DNA of 64,000 bases, taken from a virus. The notes below the pieces were generated by a model. That model was not told the origin of the DNA and searched no databases. It worked only from the letters and a program-made list of their open reading frames with translations. How positions within the stretch are numbered: the stretch's first letter is position 1; each line of letters begins with the position of its first letter. This document shows positions 52,287 to 62,500 of the stretch, one piece after another. Both the position numbers and the translations under genes were made by a program. The stretch lies in IMG/VR virus record IMGVR_UViG_3300045988_133686, positions 1 through 64,000 of that record, one strand, 5' to 3'.

Positions 52287-53318
52287 ATGCGGGTAATCAG
52301 ATTTAACGGGCAAACACCAACCCCGGACACATTTAAGCTGTGCAACCTCAGTGACAACAAGTGGGAGAAGATCGAGTTCCACATCCCGCGCTATGCTGGC
52401 ATGAACGCAACTCTCCACCTGACAATTGGCGATTACTCCGATGTGGTCAACCTCTCCTCAGACGGCGTTTATACCGTGCAGCGCAAGCACACGCAACAGG
52501 CGGGCACCATCCGCGGCTATATCACCATCGTTGGCGATGAAGACATTGTTTGGCATTCAGACGAGTTCAAGATGATTGTGGGCGATGTGCGCGACGATGG
52601 GCCAGCTATTGCGGACGCGTACCCATCGGCATTTGAGGACGCTCTAAAAGCTCTTGCGGAGATCAAGACTGCGCAGGAGGATGTGACGAAGACTGCTGCG
52701 GACGTTGCAATTAACGCGAAAGAAGCCCAGGATGCCTCACAGGTTGCGCAAACCGCCGCGCAGGATGCCAGTAAATCTCAGCAAGCCGCCAAGGAAGCAG
52801 CCGACGCAGCCTCAGCAACACTGAGCGATGTTCATGGCATCAAGACGAGCGTTGACGAACTTGCCGCAGAGTCCCGCAGCAATGCGGAGCGCGCAAAACA
52901 GTCCGCCGACAACGCGGCCGCAAGTGCGCAATCTTCTGCCAACGCCGCGCAATCCGCGCAGCAGTCCGGCGCACAGGCTACGTTGGCAGCATCTGACGCG
53001 GTGCAGTCTGCCACCTCTGCTATTGACGCCGCACAGCGCAGCGCGGTCAACGCCGACCAGTCCCGCAGCAATGCGGAGCAAGCGAAGGCCAGTGCTGACG
53101 CGGCAGCTAGGAGTGAGGCACAGGCCAAGCAGTATGAAGCCGACGCGCGCAAGGCAGCCGAGCAGGCAATTGGCGGGTCGAGAGATCATAGGAACCTTAC
53201 TAATAGGGATGCCCCAGACCAGCACCCAATCGGAGCAATTACAGGATTGGCGTCGCGTCTTACAGACGTGGAGTCTCGACCAATGACAAGTGCAGAAATT
53301 CTTGCGATCATGAAATGA
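52287..53318 (+). CDS. tail fibre protein with an Ala/Gln-rich coiled-coil repeat region
   Basis: 343 aa with the same repeat style (AAQDASKSQQAAKEAADAA...). SD is AAAGGAGGTGA. Confidence 0.6.
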   Translation: MRVIRFNGQTPTPDTFKLCNLSDNKWEKIEFHIPRYAGMNATLHLTIGDYSDVVNLSSDGVYTVQRKHTQQAGTIRGYITIVGDEDIVWHSDEFKMIVGDVRDDGPAIADAYPSAFEDALKALAEIKTAQEDVTKTAADVAINAKEAQDASQVAQTAAQDASKSQQAAKEAADAASATLSDVHGIKTSVDELAAESRSNAERAKQSADNAAASAQSSANAAQSAQQSGAQATLAASDAVQSATSAIDAAQRSAVNADQSRSNAEQAKASADAAARSEAQAKQYEADARKAAEQAIGGSRDHRNLTNRDAPDQHPIGAITGLASRLTDVESRPMTSAEILAIMK

Positions 53319-53328
53319 GGATGAGCAT

Positions 53329-54621
53329 ATGGCTGATGAAAAAGTATATTTAGGCAAAGACCAACTTGCCTTGGTGTGGCAGTTGATTAAGAATGCCTTT
53401 GTCGCCAAGGTTGAGGGCAAGGGACTTTCTACCAACGACTTTACCAATGACCTTCTGACCAAGCTGACTGGCATCCAGACCGGCGCTACTGCTGTGGCGA
53501 ATTCCGCCAAGAACGGTGCTATCACCATTAATGGAAAAGACGAGACGGTGTACGCGCTACCGGCCGCAACAGCAAGCCTACTCGGCGGCGTCATCATCGG
53601 CGCTGGTCTTTCCATTGACGATACCGGCAAGCTAATTAACGCTATCACGAAATTAAGCCAGCTCGAAAATGATGCTGGCTTTATTACTACCGCGGACATC
53701 CCCGAAGGCGCTGCTGCCTCGACCACCACGCCTAAAATGGACGGCACGGCGACGACCGGCACGGAACTTGCCTTCGCGCGTGGCGATCACGTCCACCCAT
53801 CTGATACTACGAAGGTGGACAAGGAAACCGGCAAGGGTTTGTCCACGAATGATCTGACCAATGTGCTGAAGGGTAACTATGACGCAGCATACACGCATAG
53901 CGTCGCCCCGCACGCACCTTCCAACGCAGAGAAGAATGTGATCGTCGGCATCCAGAAAAACGGGACGGATGTTTCGGTCAACGCCACGACGCGCAAGGCC
54001 AACATCGTTGTACCCACTAAGGTTAGTGACTTGACAAATGATACCGGCTTCATCACTGCGAGTGAGGTGCCGGAGACATATACGTTGCCCGACGCAACTT
54101 CGACCGTAAAGGGCGGCGTCAAGATCGGCAACAACGTGAAGGTGGTTGGCGCGACCATCTCTGTTGACGATGCTTCCGCAAGCGCAAAGGGCGTTGTCCA
54201 ACTTGCTATCGCTGCCACGGATGATGATACGAAAGCGGCTACGGCTGGCGCTCTCTATGACGTTAACACAGATCTGAGCGCGAAGATTGCGGCGAAACAG
54301 TCCCCCGCCACGTCTCTTGCTGGCTACGGGATCACGGACGCGTACACAAAGACCGAGATTAACTCCATGGTTTCGTCCGTCCTTCATTATAAAGGCACAA
54401 AGACGAGCTACTCTGATCTGCCCAAGACTGGTAACGTTGTTGGCGACGTGTGGAATATCGAAAATGCTAATACCTTACATGGGGTACGCGCCGGTGACAA
54501 CGTAGCGTGGAATGGTACTGCATGGGACGTGCTGGCAGGCACGATTGACCTGTCTACGTATCTGCAAACGTCCGAGCTGCGGGAAATAACAGAGGGCGAA
54601 ATCAAGTCCATCTGTGTGTGA
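53329..54621 (+). CDS. tail fibre protein with GKGLSTND(F/L)T repeats
   Basis: GKGLSTNDFTNDLLTKL and GKGLSTNDLTNVLKGNYD, plus LAGYGITDAYTKTEI, are motifs common in phage fibres. Confidence 0.65.
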   Translation: MADEKVYLGKDQLALVWQLIKNAFVAKVEGKGLSTNDFTNDLLTKLTGIQTGATAVANSAKNGAITINGKDETVYALPAATASLLGGVIIGAGLSIDDTGKLINAITKLSQLENDAGFITTADIPEGAAASTTTPKMDGTATTGTELAFARGDHVHPSDTTKVDKETGKGLSTNDLTNVLKGNYDAAYTHSVAPHAPSNAEKNVIVGIQKNGTDVSVNATTRKANIVVPTKVSDLTNDTGFITASEVPETYTLPDATSTVKGGVKIGNNVKVVGATISVDDASASAKGVVQLAIAATDDDTKAATAGALYDVNTDLSAKIAAKQSPATSLAGYGITDAYTKTEINSMVSSVLHYKGTKTSYSDLPKTGNVVGDVWNIENANTLHGVRAGDNVAWNGTAWDVLAGTIDLSTYLQTSELREITEGEIKSICV

Positions 54622-54634
54622 GTGAGGTGAGCTT

Positions 54635-54811
54635 ATGGCGATACCTTCTCCTCCAGACTCGCGTTACTTTTACTTAGACAAAACAGGGCTGGGAACATTG
54701 TGGGCGTTGATAAAAGAGAAGTTCGCGAGTAAGACGCATACACACACAGCGTCAGACATCACGGGTCTAAGCGCCGCAACAACGATTACCATATACCGTT
54801 ACACAGAATGA
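54635..54811 (+). CDS. small fibre-related protein (58 aa, below the track cutoff)
   Basis: SD GTGAGGTGA. MAIPSPPDSRYFYLDKTGLGTLWALIKEKFASKTHTHTASDITG parallels the N-terminus of 53329 (LALVWQLIKNAF). Confidence 0.45.
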   Translation: MAIPSPPDSRYFYLDKTGLGTLWALIKEKFASKTHTHTASDITGLSAATTITIYRYTE

Positions 54812-54826
54812 TAAGGAGGTGGCCGC

Positions 54827-55078
54827 ATGGCCTATTATCTCGGCTCAAAGCGCATCTCAGGCGTGCTGACCGAATACGCTACGACAGAAATCAACACATC
54901 TGACGCCACGGCCACAGCGGCCGACATAATTGAAGGAAAGACCGCTGGTGTCGGCGGGCAGCTCGTCACCGGTACACTAAAACAGAATCATCTCTACGTT
55001 GCGCATACCGCCGGGGCACCATCTAACAATCTTGGTGTGCCCGGCGATCTGTATATTATCATCGAGGAGGGCGAGTAA
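54827..55078 (+). CDS. hypothetical tail fibre-associated protein
   Basis: 83 aa with SD TAAGGAGGTGG. Confidence 0.5.
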   Translation: MAYYLGSKRISGVLTEYATTEINTSDATATAADIIEGKTAGVGGQLVTGTLKQNHLYVAHTAGAPSNNLGVPGDLYIIIEEGE

Positions 55079-58000
55079 TGGCGGTCACTCCTATCACATA
55101 CGTTGGGAGGTTGGTCGCTCAGGACAACGACCTCCCCACCCTAGATACTATGTATGATGTGGCTTACCGTTATACATCGATCACAGCGTCGATGAATGCC
55201 GCCATACCAGCGTTCTACAGCTTGAACACTGACTCTGATCTCACATCATCATCAATATGGTCTTATCTCGAAGATGGCAATCCGGCCACGACGATAGCTG
55301 CTGACGAGGACTTTACTGTTGAGTTCTGGATGCAACTCGAAAAAACAGGGCTCGAACAAACCATCATCAATGGTCCAACGTCCAACAACTTATTCATATA
55401 TCTTGGCACGGCGAATAAACTGAATTTTGATCTTGGTACAACATCCACATCACATAACTGTGCTTCATACGCATTTGCTGCGTCAACATGGTACCACATT
55501 GCCTTCGTGCGAAGCGGTGGTACCGTAACCTATTACGTAAACGGTGATGCTCTCGAAACCTGGACGATGAACGTCGCACTTTCCATACCGGCCTCTATCA
55601 GATACGGCCAACAATGGAATGGCGTCGCTGCGTCGCACCAATTTTACGGTGATCTCGCTGGTGTGTGTATCCTGAGAGGCGCAAAATACACCGCCCCGTT
55701 TGCCCCGCCTATGACCCCGGCGCAGTACGAAGATGTTACATCCGCCCCAGTCGAACTCTTTGAGCTTGTAGGTGACACCGTGACAGATCGTTACGGGCAC
55801 AATCTCACGAAAACTGACATCTCCACAAGTGGGGATGCAACATTTCTTGGGCAGAATACGCTGTTTTTTAATGGCACATCATCTGTGCTCACCACTGCGC
55901 TTTACTGCGGCAAGGCCGCCGACTTTACCATCGACTGGTGGTGTAAGCCAAACTCTGTGAGCAATTACAACAATTGGAATACCGTCTTAGAATGGAGATC
56001 TGACCTAACATCAGGGCGTGGGTATTACTGCCATATTATGACACAGGGCAGGAGCATTTGTTCGGCACCGAGCGTTGCTACAAGCAGCAGTGGGTATGCA
56101 AGTGGCCCAACTAGTTACCATGGTATCGGCGGCAACAGTTGGAACCATTACGCGATCGTAAAGCGCGGTGGCACCTGCTACTTCTATATCAATGGTGTTC
56201 AGCACGCTGTCACTTACGCCACATCAAACTACATGTGGCCGACGTTGTTATCGGTCGGAAAGTGTGCGTTCACGAGCGGGTACTATTCGGGGTATGTTGC
56301 GCATCTTCGGGTATGCTGCGGCGCGCGCTGGACTGGAAACTTTGCTGTACCCAACAACCTTGCTGATTACGGGCTGGGCACTGCGCAGAAATATGATATT
56401 ACAAACGGCGCCCCTGAACAACTATCAGCCTCCCCTAATACAGTCCTGGAATGCAATTACTCCGGCGCTGCAATTCCGATCACTCTCCCACGTGGCGCAT
56501 ACAAGCTCGAATGCTGGGGTGCCTCTGGCGGCTATTACCAAAATACGTCTGGCGGCCGCGGCGGTTATTCGTGCGGTACACTGACATTACAAGACACGAC
56601 CAAACTCTATTTATATGCTGGTGGTATGGGCGAGGACTTTGAGAACTACAAACGCTCATCTGCTGGCAACGTGTACGCTGGCGGCTTCAACGGCGGCGGT
56701 TCGGCCAAGGTTGTTTACTACAGCGGCACAACCACAACTCCTTCCGGTGGTGGCGGCGGCACGGACATCCGCATCGGGGCGAAGAGCCTCTACGCGCGTG
56801 TTATCGTCGCGGGCGGTGGCAGTGGTGCTACCAACGGCAACGCGGGGTACGTTGGCGGAGGTGAGTCCGGTGGCGGGTATAATACTTCCTTTGCTGGTAA
56901 GGCGGCTGCTGCTGGCACAAATGGAGCTTTCGGTGTCGGCGCGTCCTCTTCTCCGAGTTCAACAAACTATAAGTATTCAGGTACGGGCGCTGGTGGTGGC
57001 TGGTACGGCGGCGGCGCAACTTCGACATATAGTGACAGCGATACATCGCTACCCAAACAGGCGGGCGGTGGCTCTGGTTATGTGTATGCACAAACCTCGG
57101 CGCAGAATTATCCGTCTGGCTGTCTGCTCAACAGCGCGCAGTATCTAGCGGATGGTCTAACAAAGGCTGGCTCTGAAGCCATCCCGGAAATCAACGGCGA
57201 CACTGCGTGTGCAAGCCAATTCGGTCACGCTGGGTATATTCGCGTCACCGTGCTAAATGTGCCACCAGCTATCTACCTGCGAACTTCTGCGGGCTGGAAG
57301 CGTGTACGTGATGTATGCACCAATCAAAATACGTCTGGTTGGACAAGCATTATAGAGTCTAGCGCGGATGTTATTCGGGCAACGTTAGCCTCTGCTATCA
57401 CAACGGTGTCGCCCAACAACGTGGAATATGTGTGGCGCAAGTGTACGCGCGATGCCAATACAAAACTCCTCTTGAAATTTGACGATGGCGTAACTGACGT
57501 GAGCGGAAATGATGTGGCATTGGTATCGCAGGGAGTCACCACATCCGACGCACAGTCGAAGTTCGGCGGAAAGAGTGGCTATTTTAACGGGAGCACCGCA
57601 TGGATTGATTTTACTGTTAAATCTGTATTCAATCCAAATGCCGACTGGACAATCGACTGGTGGGAATATATTGAGACGAAAGTGAATGCGGCCTGTATAT
57701 ACAACCAGACGAATGGCATACACAATAACGACCGCGGCATCTTGCTGGGCTATCAATCATCGTCAAACAATGAATACGCATATGTTACCGACAGTGCCAG
57801 CGGTTGGACGATTGCGGACAGTAAAACCATGGGTGCATTAACCACCGGGCAGTGGGTGCATCGGGCAGTTGTGCGCTCCGGCAGCACTTACTACACTTTC
57901 CGTGACGGCGTGCAACAGGCTACATGGACGTCAACTAAAAGCATCCTAAGCACAGCTACACTTGGTACCATCGGGCGTTACGCCAACGGAATAAAATACT

Positions 58001-58179
58001 ACAAAGGATATATCGATGAGTTCCGCATTTCAGATATCGCGCGCTGGACGTCATCTTTCACAGCTCCAGCCACGCCTTACACAGCGATTAATATCGTTGG
58101 TTATGTTACTTCGCCGTCACCTCGCGCCTACCCTGATGGAAAAACAGCGAGTGATGGCTTTTATTATGAACGCATTTAA
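55078..58179 (+). CDS. large fibre/receptor-binding protein: LamG-like lectin domains flanking a glycine-rich domain
   Basis: 1033 aa. LamG-like segments include ...WYHIAFVRSGGTVTYYVNG... and ...WVHRAVVRSGSTYYTFRDG...DEFRIS. The centre has YKLECWGASGG...GGGGGTDIR...VIVAGGGSGA. Confidence 0.65.
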   Translation: MAVTPITYVGRLVAQDNDLPTLDTMYDVAYRYTSITASMNAAIPAFYSLNTDSDLTSSSIWSYLEDGNPATTIAADEDFTVEFWMQLEKTGLEQTIINGPTSNNLFIYLGTANKLNFDLGTTSTSHNCASYAFAASTWYHIAFVRSGGTVTYYVNGDALETWTMNVALSIPASIRYGQQWNGVAASHQFYGDLAGVCILRGAKYTAPFAPPMTPAQYEDVTSAPVELFELVGDTVTDRYGHNLTKTDISTSGDATFLGQNTLFFNGTSSVLTTALYCGKAADFTIDWWCKPNSVSNYNNWNTVLEWRSDLTSGRGYYCHIMTQGRSICSAPSVATSSSGYASGPTSYHGIGGNSWNHYAIVKRGGTCYFYINGVQHAVTYATSNYMWPTLLSVGKCAFTSGYYSGYVAHLRVCCGARWTGNFAVPNNLADYGLGTAQKYDITNGAPEQLSASPNTVLECNYSGAAIPITLPRGAYKLECWGASGGYYQNTSGGRGGYSCGTLTLQDTTKLYLYAGGMGEDFENYKRSSAGNVYAGGFNGGGSAKVVYYSGTTTTPSGGGGGTDIRIGAKSLYARVIVAGGGSGATNGNAGYVGGGESGGGYNTSFAGKAAAAGTNGAFGVGASSSPSSTNYKYSGTGAGGGWYGGGATSTYSDSDTSLPKQAGGGSGYVYAQTSAQNYPSGCLLNSAQYLADGLTKAGSEAIPEINGDTACASQFGHAGYIRVTVLNVPPAIYLRTSAGWKRVRDVCTNQNTSGWTSIIESSADVIRATLASAITTVSPNNVEYVWRKCTRDANTKLLLKFDDGVTDVSGNDVALVSQGVTTSDAQSKFGGKSGYFNGSTAWIDFTVKSVFNPNADWTIDWWEYIETKVNAACIYNQTNGIHNNDRGILLGYQSSSNNEYAYVTDSASGWTIADSKTMGALTTGQWVHRAVVRSGSTYYTFRDGVQQATWTSTKSILSTATLGTIGRYANGIKYYKGYIDEFRISDIARWTSSFTAPATPYTAINIVGYVTSPSPRAYPDGKTASDGFYYERI

Positions 58180-58190
58180 GGAGGGATTGC

Positions 58191-58589
58191 ATGGCATTCA
58201 CAGAGACACAGGTGCCTAATTATAAAATATATACCTTGCCGCAGTCCGTTTACGACGCGCTCGTGCAGTCCGGCGGCATTGATGAGAATGCTCAATACCT
58301 CACCACCAACGACGGCGATCCGTATGGGCGCGTCATTGTCAGCAATGTCAATGTACCCGCATCGCTATGGGCGGATGACTCAACGACGGAGATGTATACC
58401 GCAGCTGCGATTGTGCCCGTTACCGGCATCACGGCATCTCTGGTGCCTGAGGTCATTTTTAACATGGACGACGCCACAGGCGGCAACTTTGCGCCGGTTG
58501 CAGAGTCCTCGGACGACGGGGTAAAAATCTACGCGAGAGAGAAACCAACCTCGGCGATAATAATTCCAACAATCATCCTTTGGAGGTGA
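58191..58589 (+). CDS. hypothetical tail protein
   Basis: 132 aa with SD TAAGGAGGG. Confidence 0.5.
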   Translation: MAFTETQVPNYKIYTLPQSVYDALVQSGGIDENAQYLTTNDGDPYGRVIVSNVNVPASLWADDSTTEMYTAAAIVPVTGITASLVPEVIFNMDDATGGNFAPVAESSDDGVKIYAREKPTSAIIIPTIILWR

Positions 58590-58593
58590 ATGA

Positions 58594-59325
58594 ATGGTAG
58601 GAACGACTAATGCTATGGCAGTTGGAACAAAGACAGCCGCCATTATTGATATGTCTGATGCAACGGGCACGGCACAGGATGTCGCCAAGGACGTCATCGT
58701 ATACACAAAAAATGGTCAACGACTAGTTGGTACTGCCGTCGTCGGCGGAGCCAGCGCAGACGCAAAGCCATCTGTTACTTATACAGGCAAATGGACAGGG
58801 TGGCATATTGAGTTCTATGGAGGCACGCCTTATTGGGAGGCGGTTTTCTATACTTCTGGCACGCTTAATTTTTCCAACGCCTATACCGCAGACCTCTGGG
58901 GCGTTGGCGGAGGACCATTTGACTACAGCGGCGTTATGTGCCGCGCATCTTCTGCCAAGGTGCTCGGTGTGCAATTTGCCGTCGGACAGCAAGCCGTAAC
59001 GATCGGGGCAGGGGCGACGAAGAACGCGCGCGGCAACGGCGGCAATACGACGGTTGGAGGCGTGTTCACCGCCAATGGAGGCGTAATGAACGTATCGAGC
59101 ACCAGCAAAATGTACCGTTTCGAGGATGAAGACAAAGCAGGTGAAGCGGGCGCAGATGGTACGTCCAACGGATATGCGCACGGGGAAGGCGGCTGGCTGC
59201 ACTGGCGATGCGGGGTTGACAACGGCGACGGCGAAGGTTACGGCGCGGGGGGCGACTACGGCGGCTACGGCAACGCGCTGGTGAACGCGCATCCGGGTGC
59301 ATTGGTCATTCGTATTGCAATGTGA
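58594..59325 (+). CDS. glycine-rich domain protein
   Basis: 243 aa. YTADLWGVGGG...GAGATKNARGNGGNTTVGG parallels the central domain of 55078..58179. Confidence 0.55.
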   Translation: MVGTTNAMAVGTKTAAIIDMSDATGTAQDVAKDVIVYTKNGQRLVGTAVVGGASADAKPSVTYTGKWTGWHIEFYGGTPYWEAVFYTSGTLNFSNAYTADLWGVGGGPFDYSGVMCRASSAKVLGVQFAVGQQAVTIGAGATKNARGNGGNTTVGGVFTANGGVMNVSSTSKMYRFEDEDKAGEAGADGTSNGYAHGEGGWLHWRCGVDNGDGEGYGAGGDYGGYGNALVNAHPGALVIRIAM

Positions 59326-59334
59326 GGTAAGGAT

Positions 59335-59532
59335 ATGGCTGTATATATTGTAAGCAATTCAAACGGAGAACGTATCAACTTGATTGAGATTGACGCGCTC
59401 CAAGTTGCAGAGTATTCCCAACTAACTGGGATGACTCTTTCCTTACCGGAAGAGTCTGGTGCAGATCAACCCGAAGAATCGCAAATGAAACAAGCGCTGC
59501 GAACGCTTGGCGTAGACACGGAAGGAGCGTGA
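59335..59532 (+). CDS. hypothetical small protein
   Basis: 65 aa. The C-terminal QALRTLGVDTEGA resembles the C-terminus of 62192..62500. Confidence 0.45.
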   Translation: MAVYIVSNSNGERINLIEIDALQVAEYSQLTGMTLSLPEESGADQPEESQMKQALRTLGVDTEGA

Positions 59533-59536
59533 TATA

Positions 59537-60019
59537 GTGGCTTTTAAGGATCAATATACGAAGGTTAACTTCGTCAATAAAAATGACCCCGCGTTTGTGG
59601 AGGGCGTCTCCCCTTCCATCTCCGCGGAGCATCTGAACGCGATACAGGACGGCATTATCAATTCGCTGGTTGACGCCGATGGACTCAATGAGCGGTTGAC
59701 ACAGGAGGAAGCGAATACCGATGCCCTGTTTGCTGGCACGATCGGTGTGCGGTGCGAGGTGCTGAACACAACCGTGACAATCCAGGCCGCAAGTTGGACT
59801 GAGGACGCGGTAAACATGCGGTATACCGCCACGATCACCAACGCGGCGATTCGCACGGATACAGATGTGGAACTCGTGCTAGCTGATGCCGATAAGGGTA
59901 AGTACGCGCTCAACGCCCTTGATCCTGCCGCGGGCAGCGTGACACTGTTTGCTGGCGCGGCACCAACCCAGCCTCTTACCCTCCGGCTTATCGTGACCGA
60001 GGTGAGAAAAATTGACTAG
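59537..60019 (+). CDS. hypothetical tail protein
   Basis: GTG start after GGAAGGAG. Product is 160 aa. Confidence 0.5.
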   Translation: MAFKDQYTKVNFVNKNDPAFVEGVSPSISAEHLNAIQDGIINSLVDADGLNERLTQEEANTDALFAGTIGVRCEVLNTTVTIQAASWTEDAVNMRYTATITNAAIRTDTDVELVLADADKGKYALNALDPAAGSVTLFAGAAPTQPLTLRLIVTEVRKID

Positions 60020-61085
60020 AGTTGGGCGCACATATGTAAAAGGAACGGCGGCTGGTGCTGCCAATGATGGATACTTCGGTAATGGGTCTGACGGCGCGCT
60101 GAATGTAGCGGCTGGTCAGACCTTTATTATTGATGTACCGTCTGAAGACACACAAATCATCAAAAATTACAGCAGCGTGAATATCGCGGCTGGGGCGACA
60201 GTGAAGACTTCTGGCCGATGCAACGGCATGGTCTGGCTCGTAAGCGGAGATTTCATTCTTAACGGTACGATTAACATGGACAAGCGTGCGCCTCTACTGA
60301 ACGATAACGAGGCAGCGGCGACACAAGAACTGCATGTTGCGCTGTGCGGGACACTGAATGGTGGTAAAGGCGGAAACGGAAATGCTGGTGGCGGTGCAAG
60401 TCAAACATCATCAGAATCAGCAGTAGTTTGGCGCAGTTGGGATAGTTCTAAGGCTGGCGTTGGCGGACAAGGGTTCCGACTGGGCGGCGGGTATGGCGGC
60501 GGAGGCGGTGGCGGTTCTGATGCTGGTGGAAGTTGCGAACCGCGCCCCCCAATCGGCACAACAATCCCTTATCCATCTGGGCGTGGTGTTGTGTTTTGCG
60601 GAACTGGAGGTTCGAGTTATAACAGCATGGCATCAGATCATCCATATTTTTATGTAGGCGGCGCTGGTCCGGGTGGATCTGGCGCCTTTGGCATTTATAA
60701 CCAATATGGAGTTAACGGTAACGCTGGAGACGCGATTGGCGGTGGGGCAATCTGGATTTTTGTCATGGGGCAGGTAACGATCGGTGCAACGGGTATAATT
60801 TCGGCTTGTGGTGGGAATGGCGCTGCTGGAGTCCATGCCACTCCCTCTTATAGCGGAACCGGGTATACCGGAGGTAGTACGGCATACACCGGGTCTGGCG
60901 GTGGCGGTGGCGGAGGAATTATTGCCCTGGTATATAGCGGTGGCATCTCAAACCTTGGGTCATTGCGTGCCGAAGGTGGGAGTGGTGGGGCTAATATCGC
61001 TGCCCCATTTGGCTCCACGAAGGGCGAAGACGGTGCTATCGGCGTCATCCTTGTAAAATCCATATCTGACCTGCTCGACTTATAA
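60012..61085 (+). CDS. glycine-rich fibre/spike protein, paralogue A
   Basis: TTG start after GAGGTGAG. It shares its architecture with 61100..62182 (GSDG.L...RCNG....V.GD.ILNGTI..DK.APLLN...GGKGG.G..., GGGGGGGIIA.VY). Confidence 0.6.
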   Translation: MTRVGRTYVKGTAAGAANDGYFGNGSDGALNVAAGQTFIIDVPSEDTQIIKNYSSVNIAAGATVKTSGRCNGMVWLVSGDFILNGTINMDKRAPLLNDNEAAATQELHVALCGTLNGGKGGNGNAGGGASQTSSESAVVWRSWDSSKAGVGGQGFRLGGGYGGGGGGGSDAGGSCEPRPPIGTTIPYPSGRGVVFCGTGGSSYNSMASDHPYFYVGGAGPGGSGAFGIYNQYGVNGNAGDAIGGGAIWIFVMGQVTIGATGIISACGGNGAAGVHATPSYSGTGYTGGSTAYTGSGGGGGGGIIALVYSGGISNLGSLRAEGGSGGANIAAPFGSTKGEDGAIGVILVKSISDLLDL

Positions 61086-61099
61086 AGAGGTGATAAAAC

Positions 61100-62182
61100 G
61101 TGACTCGACCAGGAACAGTACGAACAGCAGGTCAATCTAAGATCATAGGTGCGTCGCTCGGCGGATCAAATCTGCGCACTTGGTATGGAGATGCCTCTGA
61201 CGGAGATTTAGCATTATCCGAAAATCAAACACTTGAACTCGATGTTACATCTGATGAAGGACAAATTTTTAAGCAATATAAATCACTAACCATTCCAGTA
61301 GGCGCAGTGCTCAGACCGTCACATCGATGCAACGGATTAATTATTACAGTCCAAGGCGACCTTATACTGAATGGCACGATTTCTGTTGACAAATGCGCCC
61401 CACTGCTAAATGCCAACGAATCCTTACACGCTCAATCCAAATACATCTCTTTATGTGGAGAGCTAATCGGAGGTAAAGGTGGCGCTGGCGGTAACGGCAC
61501 AACTGCCAGTCTGCTGCCTGGCACTGGCGGCAACGGATTCACATTTGGCGGCGGATACGGTGGAGGTAGTGCTGCTGGCAGCGGGCAAGGGTCATCGTCA
61601 TACTATTATTACGGTTACAACGGAGGTAGCGGTGAGCCTCGTCCTCCTGCGGGAACAACAATGCCGTACCCCGCTCCGACCACCAGCAATCAGGTAGTTA
61701 TGTATGGAGTTGGCGGGTCTTGTTCTCATTCAGGAATGCGTTGCCAAGGTGGCGCTGGCCCCGGTGGCTCCGGTGGAGCAATTAATTGGAAACATAGTGA
61801 TGATGATCCTAATGGTATCTATGTAGTCTCTAACGGCCAAACGGGCGACGCTTATGGAGGCGGCGCTTTTTATTTATTTGTTAAGGGGAACATTATCATT
61901 GGCGAAACTGGTGCTATCACAGCGGACGGAGGCAATGGTGCTAACGGGGTAAGCGCCTACGCGAATAATGTGTACGCCTCCGGCGGAGGTGGTGGAGGTG
62001 GTGGCGGCATTATTGCTATCGTTTATGGTGGTACATATACCAACAACGGCTCGGTTCATGCCAACGGTGGGCACGGTGGTACTCGCGGGACATACGGCCC
62101 ATACACCGTAAATACAACAAATGGCGCTGATGGTTCTATCGGCACCGTTTTTATTTCGTCTTTTGCCGATTTGATGAATTAA
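61100..62182 (+). CDS. glycine-rich fibre/spike protein, paralogue B
   Basis: GTG start after AGAGGTGA. It is a tandem paralogue of 60012..61085. Confidence 0.6.
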   Translation: MTRPGTVRTAGQSKIIGASLGGSNLRTWYGDASDGDLALSENQTLELDVTSDEGQIFKQYKSLTIPVGAVLRPSHRCNGLIITVQGDLILNGTISVDKCAPLLNANESLHAQSKYISLCGELIGGKGGAGGNGTTASLLPGTGGNGFTFGGGYGGGSAAGSGQGSSSYYYYGYNGGSGEPRPPAGTTMPYPAPTTSNQVVMYGVGGSCSHSGMRCQGGAGPGGSGGAINWKHSDDDPNGIYVVSNGQTGDAYGGGAFYLFVKGNIIIGETGAITADGGNGANGVSAYANNVYASGGGGGGGGGIIAIVYGGTYTNNGSVHANGGHGGTRGTYGPYTVNTTNGADGSIGTVFISSFADLMN

Positions 62183-62191
62183 GGAGAATTT

Positions 62192-62500
62192 ATGGAAGAA
62201 AGAGATCTTCGCATGGTTATTATTGCGGATGTGAATAACGCTGAGTCACGCGAGACTATTGCGCAGCTCAGCAATAATCCGCAAATTCCGCAGACGGTTA
62301 TTACGCCGTATGCGGTGCGTAACATTCTACCCGGCATCCGTGCCACTCCGGCGATTGGCGTCCTGCTCTGGGCGACCGACCTTCAGGGATTGGTGGCTGA
62401 TGTGGACGCCTTCGCGGCGTATATCAAAAATGAGAACGAGACGTTAAGCGCACTTGAAACGCTTGGTGTCGAGACAAAAGCAAAAGAGGTCGTGTCATAA
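62192..62500 (+). CDS. hypothetical protein
   Basis: 102 aa with SD TAAGGAGA. Confidence 0.5.
   Translation: MEERDLRMVIIADVNNAESRETIAQLSNNPQIPQTVITPYAVRNILPGIRATPAIGVLLWATDLQGLVADVDAFAAYIKNENETLSALETLGVETKAKEVVS

Noticed and set aside
52812-53762. 316-aa minus-strand ORF and many other antisense ORFs across the fibre genes (50991-54611).
   Set aside because: They are mirror-frame artefacts of Ala/Gln-rich repeat coding sequence. They have no SD, and their low-complexity products are rich in Ala, Ser, Leu, Arg and Cys.
55078-62182. Diversity-generating retroelement (template/variable repeat pair) in the fibre genes.
   Set aside because: No reverse transcriptase gene lies anywhere in the window. 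The 60012/61100 similarity is whole-gene paralogy rather than a short adenine-mutated repeat pair.
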